Below, piece after piece: positions 1 to 6,142 of a stretch of DNA of 47,502 nt. Under the pieces are notes generated by a model. That model did not search any database and was not told the origin of the DNA. It was given only the letters and a program-made list of their open reading frames with translations. Made by a program: the position numbers and the translations under genes. The stretch's first letter is position 1. The number at the start of each line of letters is the position of its first letter. This stretch comes from an uncultured Eubacteriales bacterium (lineage in GTDB: Bacteria; Bacillota; Clostridia; Christensenellales; CAG-138): assembly GCA_902790115.1 (NCBI GenBank), contig CADAQS010000005.1, forward strand, positions 1 to 47,502. The letters run 5' to 3'.

Positions 1-1
1 G

Positions 2-310
2 CACCGTGCGGTGCTCAGCGTGATCTACAACCGCTGCATCGCGCCGCGGTTCGGCGGCGGACTGACCGACATCCCGACCGAGGTCTACCGCAAGGGACAG
101 TTCTCGGTGATCGCAAACAAGAAGTTCCGCACGTTCGAGCCGCCCGAAACGATCGTTGCTTACGCGCGCGACATCTTTCAATGGGGCAATATCAACCTGC
201 CCGAAAATATTTTGTTTTTCCATGCAGACTGTCTCGGTAAAAACTGGGGCGGCCGGAAGTTCTACGGAAACATCGGCGGCAACCTGTTTTTCTACGGCCG
301 GACGGAGTAG
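2..310 (+). CDS. 3' end of a CDS that starts upstream of the window; product unknown
   Basis: The frame is open from base 2 to TAG at 308-310. The track ORF 11..310 starts at an internal GTG. Composition matches the neighbours. No family recognised from the C-terminal ...FFHADCLGKNWGGRKFYGNIGGNLFFYGRTE. Confidence 0.5.
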   Translation, partial: HRAVLSVIYNRCIAPRFGGGLTDIPTEVYRKGQFSVIANKKFRTFEPPETIVAYARDIFQWGNINLPENILFFHADCLGKNWGGRKFYGNIGGNLFFYGRTE

Positions 311-349
311 ACTGCAGCCGTTTGAATACACCCGAAAAGGATACGATAT

Positions 350-1996
350 ATGCAACATAAACTTAAGATTATTCCGCTCGGCGGCATCGGCGAGATCGGA
401 AAGAACATGACAGTGCTCGAATATGAGGACAACATCGTCATCATCGACTGCGGCGTGAGCTTTCCGGACGACGATATGCCGGGCATCGACGTGGTCATCC
501 CCGACATGACCTATCTCGAAACGAACCGGGACAAGATCCGGGGCATGCTGATCACGCACGGCCACGAGGATCATATCGGCGCGATCCCGTATGCCATGGA
601 GAAGTTCCGCTGCCCGATCTACGGCACGCGGTTCACGAACGCGCTGATCGAACACAAGCTGGACGAGCATCACATCACCGGCGTCGAGCTCAATGACGTT
701 GCCCCGGGCGACACGGTCACGCTCGGCCGGTTCAAGGTCGAGTTCATCAAAACGAGCCACTCGATCGCGGGTGCGGTCGCGCTGGCAATCACGACGCCGA
801 TCGGCACCGTGATTCACACGGGCGACTTCAAGATCGACCTGACGCCGATGGACAACGAGCCGATCGACATCAACCGGTTCGCGCACTTCGGAACGCGCGG
901 CGTACTTGCGCTGCTGTCCGACAGCACGAACGTCGAGCGCGCGGGCTTTACGCAGTCCGAGCGTGAGATCGGCAAGACGTTTGAGTCCTGCTTTGCGCAG
1001 GCGAAGGGCCGCGTGATCGTCGCCTCGTTCGCCTCGAACGTGTACCGGCTGCAGCAGGTTGCCGACGTGGCGATCGCGCACGGGCGCGTCGTGTGCTTCC
1101 AGGGCCGCAGCATGGAGCAGATCGTCAAGATCGCGCAGGAACTCGGCTACATGCACATCCCCGAGGATAAGATCGTCCGCATCGAGCAGCTGAAAAACTA
1201 CCGTGACGATGAGGTCTGCGTGATGACGACCGGCAGCCAGGGCGAGCCGATGAGCGGTCTGTTCCGCATGGCGAACGCCACGCACAGGCTCAACATCGGC
1301 GCGGGCGATACCGTGATCATCTCGGCGTCGGCGATCCCGGGCAACGAGCTCGGCGTCTCGCGCGTGATCAATCAGCTTTACGAAAAGGGCGCCGAGGTCG
1401 TGTACGACCGCATGGCGGACGTGCACGTGTCCGGACATGCCTGCCGCGAGGAGCTCAAGCTGATGCTTGCGATCACGAAGCCGAAGTATTTCATCCCGGT
1501 GCACGGCGAGGCGCGGCATCTGAAGATGCACGCGGATCTCGGCGCGCTGATGGGCGTCGATCCCGAGCGGATCTTCGTGCCGCAGCTCGGCGGTGTGATC
1601 GAACTGACCTCCCGCAAGGGCAAGATGACCGAAACGGTGCAGGCGGGCGGCGTCATGGTGGACGGGCTTGCGAACATTGAGGACGCGGTCCTGCACGATC
1701 GGAAAATCCTCAGCGAGGACGGACTCGTGCTTGCGATCATCACGATGGACAGCGAAACCGGCCGGCTGTGCGCGCCGGTTGAGATCATCTCGCGCGGATT
1801 CGTCTACATGCGCGACGCGGAGGAACTGATCCATGAGGCGACCAATCTGATCACCGAGGAAGCCAGGCGGTTCGAGGGTGCGCCAAAGAGCGAGTACGCG
1901 ACGATCAAGAACATCGTAAAAAGCCGCCTCAAGAACGTTCTGTACAACAAGACGCATCGCAGCCCGATGATCCTTCCGATCACGATCGAGATCTGA
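350..1996 (+). CDS. rnj: Ribonuclease J (metallo-beta-lactamase/beta-CASP RNase)
   Basis: 548 aa. Has the MBL motif ITHGHEDHIGAIP. Overall length and C-terminal domain are typical of RNase J. ATG at 350 is preceded by AAAAGGA. Confidence 0.9.
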   Translation: MQHKLKIIPLGGIGEIGKNMTVLEYEDNIVIIDCGVSFPDDDMPGIDVVIPDMTYLETNRDKIRGMLITHGHEDHIGAIPYAMEKFRCPIYGTRFTNALIEHKLDEHHITGVELNDVAPGDTVTLGRFKVEFIKTSHSIAGAVALAITTPIGTVIHTGDFKIDLTPMDNEPIDINRFAHFGTRGVLALLSDSTNVERAGFTQSEREIGKTFESCFAQAKGRVIVASFASNVYRLQQVADVAIAHGRVVCFQGRSMEQIVKIAQELGYMHIPEDKIVRIEQLKNYRDDEVCVMTTGSQGEPMSGLFRMANATHRLNIGAGDTVIISASAIPGNELGVSRVINQLYEKGAEVVYDRMADVHVSGHACREELKLMLAITKPKYFIPVHGEARHLKMHADLGALMGVDPERIFVPQLGGVIELTSRKGKMTETVQAGGVMVDGLANIEDAVLHDRKILSEDGLVLAIITMDSETGRLCAPVEIISRGFVYMRDAEELIHEATNLITEEARRFEGAPKSEYATIKNIVKSRLKNVLYNKTHRSPMILPITIEI

Positions 1997-2013
1997 CGGC
2001 AGGGAGGACAGGC

Positions 2014-2355
2014 ATGGTTTACGATAACGCAAAAAAGCTCGCGGAAGAGATGAAGAACAGCGAGGAATACCGCGCCTACCGCGCGGCGCGGGAGCGCGCG
2101 TTTGAGAACGAATCGACGCGCAATCTGATCGCCGAATACCACAAGCTGCAGATGAAGGCGCAGGCCAACGCCATCACCGGCGAACGCAGCGACGAGCTTT
2201 TGCAAAAGCTGCAGAAGCTCGGCGAGTTGCTGCAGTTCGATGCGGATGCGGCGGCGTTTCTGATGGCGGAATACCGGCTCAACACGATGCTCGGCGACGT
2301 ATACAAGATCCTTGCTGAGGCGATCGACATCGACCTTTCTGCGCTCGAAGCTTGA
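2014..2355 (+). CDS. YlbF/YmcA-family regulatory protein
   Basis: 113 aa helical protein (AKKLAEEMKNSEEYRAYRAARE...LQKLQKLGELLQ) resembling the YlbF/YmcA (Com_YlbF) family. AGGGAGGA SD lies 6 nt upstream. Sits directly downstream of rnj. Confidence 0.7.
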   Translation: MVYDNAKKLAEEMKNSEEYRAYRAARERAFENESTRNLIAEYHKLQMKAQANAITGERSDELLQKLQKLGELLQFDADAAAFLMAEYRLNTMLGDVYKILAEAIDIDLSALEA

Positions 2356-2380
2356 AACCGCACCGAAAGGATGCTATACT
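2352..2380 (+). promoter_or_regulatory. Sigma-A-type promoter TTGAAA-17-TGcTATACT placed so that the mltG AUG is at or near the transcription start
   Basis: TTGAAA at 2352-2357 overlaps the ylbF-like stop. The spacer is 17 nt. Extended -10 is TGC TATACT at 2372-2380. The ATG at 2387 is 7 nt after the -10 and no SD lies between. Confidence 0.55.
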
Positions 2381-2386
2381 GAACCT

Positions 2387-3529
2387 ATGGAACGGAACGA
2401 AAAAGAATTGACACCGGTGCAGAAACGTTGGCAGACGTTCTGGCACTATGCGCGGCCGATCGCGACCTGGGGCGCCAGCATTGCGATCGTCGTGATTGTT
2501 GTGTCCCTGACCGTCCATTTCGTCGTTTCGCACTATGTGTCCGCGGTCGATCCGGACGATCCGACACCGTATGAGATCACGATCCCGCAGAGCGCGTCGG
2601 CCGGCACGATCGCCGGCATCCTCTACAACGCCTGCGGCGAGGGCAAAGACGGCCTGATCGTTTCGACCGCTTCGTTCAAGGTTTACGTGGACTTTGTCGG
2701 AAAGGCGAACAGCCTGAAGGCCGGCACCTATGTTCTGTCGAAAAACATGACGATCAAGGAGATTGTCAACGTGCTTGCCGAGGGCGTTCCGGCGCGCGCG
2801 ACCGCCCGCGTCACGATCCCCGAAGGCTATACGGTCGATGGCATTGCGAATTCGCTCGTTTCGGCGGGCGTCCTGTCCGAATCTTCGACGTTCAAGACCA
2901 TGTGCCGGACGACCGACGCGTTCAAAAAGTATCCGTTTCTCACGGAGATTGCGAGCGCGAACGACCGCATGTACGCGCTGGAAGGCTATCTGTTCCCGGA
3001 TACTTACGAGTTCTACGTCGATTCCTCCGCTGAGGAGATCATCGACCGCATGCTGACGCGCTATTATGAGATCTATGTCGGCGAGTACGTTGACCGCGCA
3101 AAGGAACTGAACCTGACGCGCGATCAGGTCATGATTTTAGCGTCGGTTATCGAGCGTGAGGCGCGAGACCCCGAGGACTTTTCGAAGGTCTCGGCCGTGT
3201 TCCACAACCGGCTCAAGGCGAACATGAAACTGGAATCCTGCGCGACGCTGTCCTACGCGACCGGCACGAATCGGCTGTATTTTACCGAGGATGAGATGGC
3301 GATCGTCTCACCGTATAACACCTATCTCAACAGCGGACTTCCGATCGGGCCGATCTGCAACCCGGGCGAAGCGGCGATCCGCGCGGCGCTCTATCCGAAC
3401 GAGGAATACGTCGAGGACAACTACCTGTTCTTCTGCAACGCGAACCCGAACGAGACGGCCAAGCTCCTGTTCAGCAGGACGTACGAGGAGCATCAGGCGA
3501 ACGTCGAGAAGTACCGGAAGTACTGGTAA
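2387..3529 (+). CDS. mltG: Endolytic murein transglycosylase MltG (YceG-like)
   Basis: N-terminal TM segment (WGASIAIVVIVVSLTVHFVV). YceG-type motifs are present: GYLFPDTYEF, LASVIEREA, SPYNTYLNSGLPIGPICNPG. The track ORF begins at TTG 2312 inside the upstream gene; ATG 2387 (MERNEKEL) is chosen instead. Confidence 0.85.
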   Translation: MERNEKELTPVQKRWQTFWHYARPIATWGASIAIVVIVVSLTVHFVVSHYVSAVDPDDPTPYEITIPQSASAGTIAGILYNACGEGKDGLIVSTASFKVYVDFVGKANSLKAGTYVLSKNMTIKEIVNVLAEGVPARATARVTIPEGYTVDGIANSLVSAGVLSESSTFKTMCRTTDAFKKYPFLTEIASANDRMYALEGYLFPDTYEFYVDSSAEEIIDRMLTRYYEIYVGEYVDRAKELNLTRDQVMILASVIEREARDPEDFSKVSAVFHNRLKANMKLESCATLSYATGTNRLYFTEDEMAIVSPYNTYLNSGLPIGPICNPGEAAIRAALYPNEEYVEDNYLFFCNANPNETAKLLFSRTYEEHQANVEKYRKYW

Positions 3530-3575
3530 TACATTCGACAGCATTTGCATACCCTGTCATGGAGGTGAACAGGGT

Positions 3576-4268
3576 ATGCTTTCTTTTTTGGCGGTTTTGC
3601 TCCGCAGTATATGCTTTTTCGGCGCGATCGGAGAGATCGAGGCGTTTCCGAAGCCGTTCAATAAGGAAGAGGAGCGGTACTGGATCCGGCGGCTGTCCGA
3701 AGGGGACGACGAAGCGCGCGAACAGCTGATCGTCCACAACCTCCGGCTGGTTGCACACATTGCCAAAAAGTACGAAAAGAACGGTTACGAGCGCGACGAT
3801 CTGATCTCCTGCGGGACGATCGGTCTGATCAAGGCCGTTTCCACGTTTTCCGAGACCAAAGGTTCGCTGTCCGGGTACGCGTCGCGCTGCATCGAAAACG
3901 AGATCTTAATGAGTTTTCGCCGCGACCGGAAGCTCGTGCCGACCGTTTCGATGGAGGAGGCGGTCGGAACCGACAAGGAGGGCAACGAGCTGTCGATCGC
4001 CGACCTCGTCTGCTCGGAGGAGGATTCGATCTTCGAACAGGTGCAGCGGCGGCTGGATGCCGAGGCGGTGCACCGCGTGATGCGGCGCGTATTAACGAAG
4101 CGCGAGCAGGCGGTGCTGACGCTGCGCTACGGACTGAACGGAGGCGTGCCGATGGCGCAGCGCGAGGCGGCGGAGCTGCTCGGTATCTCGCGAAGCTATG
4201 TCTCCCGGATCGAGACCAAGGCGATGGAAAAGATGAAAAAAGCACTGCAAAAAGGCCCGCTCGCTTGA
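3576..4268 (+). CDS. sigK: Sporulation sigma factor pro-sigma-K (uninterrupted)
   Basis: 230 aa. Hydrophobic pro-sequence MLSFLAVLLRSICFFGAIGEIEAFPKPF is followed by HNLRLVAHIAKKY, CIENEILM and ELLGISRSYVSRIE, collinear with B. subtilis SigK as I recall it. GGAGG lies 10 nt upstream of ATG 3576. The track ORF start at 3291 overlaps mltG and is rejected. Confidence 0.85.
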   Translation: MLSFLAVLLRSICFFGAIGEIEAFPKPFNKEEERYWIRRLSEGDDEAREQLIVHNLRLVAHIAKKYEKNGYERDDLISCGTIGLIKAVSTFSETKGSLSGYASRCIENEILMSFRRDRKLVPTVSMEEAVGTDKEGNELSIADLVCSEEDSIFEQVQRRLDAEAVHRVMRRVLTKREQAVLTLRYGLNGGVPMAQREAAELLGISRSYVSRIETKAMEKMKKALQKGPLA

Positions 4269-4294
4269 CAACGCGATACCCTGTCTGCTATACT
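4265..4294 (+). promoter_or_regulatory. Sigma-A-type promoter TTGACA-18-TGcTATACT for the ABC-F leader
   Basis: TTGACA at 4265-4270 overlaps the sigK stop. Extended -10 is TGC TATACT at 4286-4294. Confidence 0.7.
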
Positions 4295-4360
4295 GAATCC
4301 ATCATAACAGGATCGGAAGTGGAAAGATGCGCAGATAATCCGTGTTTTCTGTCGGAAGCT

Positions 4361-4386
4361 GCCCGCATGACGGGCTTGGTTTTTTG
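4361..4386 (+). terminator. Leader hairpin 1 with U-tract (GCCCG-CATGA-CGGGC-TTGGTTTTTT)
   Basis: 5-bp GC stem followed by a T-rich tract, read directly. The short stem makes it weak. Confidence 0.4.
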
Positions 4387-4446
4387 CGGAAAAACGGATG
4401 CTGCCATGTCGCCTCCCTTCGAACCGGGAAGCTTTTTTGCGTGGAA

Positions 4447-4477
4447 CCGTTTTTCCGTCGGGAAGAACGGTTTTTTT
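4447..4477 (+). terminator. Leader intrinsic terminator immediately upstream of the ABC-F SD
   Basis: CCGTTTTTCC-GTCG-GGAAGAACGG is followed by TTTTTTT. It ends 8 nt before AAAGGAGG and ATG 4495. Confidence 0.7.
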
Positions 4478-4494
4478 GATGCAAAGGAGGCAGT

Positions 4495-6027
4495 ATGCTG
4501 CAGATACAGAATCTATCGATTGTTCAGAAGAAGGATCATCGCGTGCTGGTGGACGACCTGTCGTTTGTCCTGAACGACGGCGAAAAGGCCGCACTGATCG
4601 GCGAGGAGGGCAACGGAAAGTCGACGATCCTCAAATGGATTCACGATCCCGGATCGGTCACGCCGTATGCCGAGGTCACGGGAATCTGCCGCACGCGCGA
4701 CGTGATCGGCTATCTGCCGCAGGAGCTGACCGAACCGGACCGGGCTTTGCCGGTGACGGACTATCTTGAACGGACGTGCGGCCTTTCGACGCTTGTTCCG
4801 AAGCTTGTGCAGCGCACGGCAAAGCAGCTCGGCGTCGATCCGGAATTGCTTTGGGCGGATCGGCGGATGGAGTCCCTGTCGGGCGGTGAGCGCGTCAAGG
4901 TGCAGCTTGCGTCGCTTTTGCTGCGGGAGTGCGACTTGCTGCTGCTTGATGAGCCGTCCAACGACATCGACCTCGAAACGCTCGAATGGCTGGAGCGCTT
5001 TTTGCAGCGCACCGAAAAGACCGTGCTGTTCGTCTCGCACGACGAGGTGCTGCTCGAACGCACGGCCCGGATGATTCTGCATATCGAGCAGGTGCGGCGC
5101 AAAACGATTCCGCGAGCGACTGTCGCGCGAATGCCGTACCGGCAGTATCACGACGAGCGGGAGCGCAGAATGGCGCATCAGGCGCAGGTGTCGGTGTTCG
5201 AGCATGCAGAGTTTCGCAGGAAGAAGGAACGCTATCTTTCGATCTATCAGTCGGTCGAGCATGCGCAGAATTCGATCTCGCGCCGGGATCCTTCGACCGG
5301 TCGGCTGCTGAAAAAGAAGATGCATACGGTGCAGGCGCTCGGGCACCGGCTTGAAAAGGAACAGGAGTCGCTGACGGAACCGCCCGAGGCGGAATGGGCG
5401 ATTCTGCCGAAGTTTGCACCCGGAATCTCGGTCAAAAACGGCAAGACCGTGCTCGATCTCGACCTGCCCGCGCTGACGGTCGGAGAGCGTGTGCTCGCCG
5501 AACATGTGCGGCTGAATGTGACCGGACCCGAGCGTATCTGCATCATCGGACAGAACGGCTGCGGAAAGTCAACGCTTCTGAAGCGGATTGGAAAGGAGCT
5601 TTTGCCGCGAAAGGATCTTTCGGTCGGTTATATGCCGCAGACCTACGGCGACCTGCTCGACGAGCGTGAAACGGCGATCACGTTCCTTGCGCCGAACGGC
5701 GACAAGGAGAGCGTAACGCAGGCGCGGATTTATCTCGGCAGCATGAAGTACACGACCGACGAGATGGAGCATCCGGTGCGGGAGCTTTCGGGCGGGCAGC
5801 GCGCAAAGCTTTTGCTGCTGAAGATGATCCTCGATGAAAACAACGTGCTGCTGCTCGACGAACCGACGCGCAATTTCAGCCCGCTGTCCAATCCGGCGGT
5901 GCGGGAGCTGCTGCGCTCGTTCGGCGGCGCGATCATCGCCGTCACGCATGACCGGAAGTTTTTGGACGAGGTTGCAACCAAGGTGTACCGGCTGACGCAC
6001 GACGGGTTGATGATTGAAAATCGGTAA
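4495..6027 (+). CDS. ABC-F family ATPase, Lsa/ARE-like putative ribosomal protection protein
   Basis: 510 aa with two NBDs and no TM segment. NBD motifs are GEEGNGKST/LSGGERVKV/LLLLDEPSNDID and GQNGCGKST/LSGGQRAKL/VLLLDEPTRNF. A charged inter-domain linker of about 85 aa separates them. The segment LGVDPELLWADRRMESLSGGERVKV resembles Lsa-type proteins from memory. Confidence 0.75.
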   Translation: MLQIQNLSIVQKKDHRVLVDDLSFVLNDGEKAALIGEEGNGKSTILKWIHDPGSVTPYAEVTGICRTRDVIGYLPQELTEPDRALPVTDYLERTCGLSTLVPKLVQRTAKQLGVDPELLWADRRMESLSGGERVKVQLASLLLRECDLLLLDEPSNDIDLETLEWLERFLQRTEKTVLFVSHDEVLLERTARMILHIEQVRRKTIPRATVARMPYRQYHDERERRMAHQAQVSVFEHAEFRRKKERYLSIYQSVEHAQNSISRRDPSTGRLLKKKMHTVQALGHRLEKEQESLTEPPEAEWAILPKFAPGISVKNGKTVLDLDLPALTVGERVLAEHVRLNVTGPERICIIGQNGCGKSTLLKRIGKELLPRKDLSVGYMPQTYGDLLDERETAITFLAPNGDKESVTQARIYLGSMKYTTDEMEHPVRELSGGQRAKLLLLKMILDENNVLLLDEPTRNFSPLSNPAVRELLRSFGGAIIAVTHDRKFLDEVATKVYRLTHDGLMIENR

Positions 6028-6060
6028 AAAAGACAATCGGGAGCGAAATAACCCGATCCG

Positions 6061-6089
6061 TTGCAATTTGATGTGGAGTCTGCTATACT
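6061..6089 (+). promoter_or_regulatory. Sigma-A-type promoter TTGCAA-17-TGcTATACT
   Basis: TTGCAA at 6061-6066 and TGC TATACT at 6081-6089, 54 nt upstream of ATG 6143. Confidence 0.65.
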
Positions 6090-6142
6090 GTAAAATAGTT
6101 GTAAAGAATCTTTGCAACGAATGGGAATTCAGGGAGGTCCTT

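Larger units (their letters stand above)
4295..4494 (+). promoter_or_regulatory. About 200-nt 5' leader with mini-uORF and mutually exclusive terminator/antiterminator pairings (transcription attenuator)
   Basis: A uORF ATG CGC AGA TAA (4327-4338, MRR) sits behind GGAAGTGGAAAG. GGAAAAACGG (4388-4397) is the exact complement of CCGTTTTTCC (4447-4456). That segment otherwise pairs with GGAAGAACGG (4461-4470) to form a terminator. Confidence 0.6.

Noticed and set aside
3528-3555. Sigma-E/sigma-K-type sporulation promoter upstream of sigK (CATACCCT -10-like box)
   Set aside because: Only the -10-like element is recognisable. The spacing to any -35-like AT-rich or AC element does not fit the consensus I remember. 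It is mentioned in a finding but not called as a feature.
4404-4573. Longer upstream ORF in the ABC-F leader (MSPPFEPGSFFAWNRF..., part of track ORF 4265..4573) as the regulatory leader peptide
   Set aside because: There is no SD in front of its ATG, and it runs through the terminator and into the ABC-F coding region in another frame. The SD-preceded MRR mini-ORF is the better, though still uncertain, candidate.
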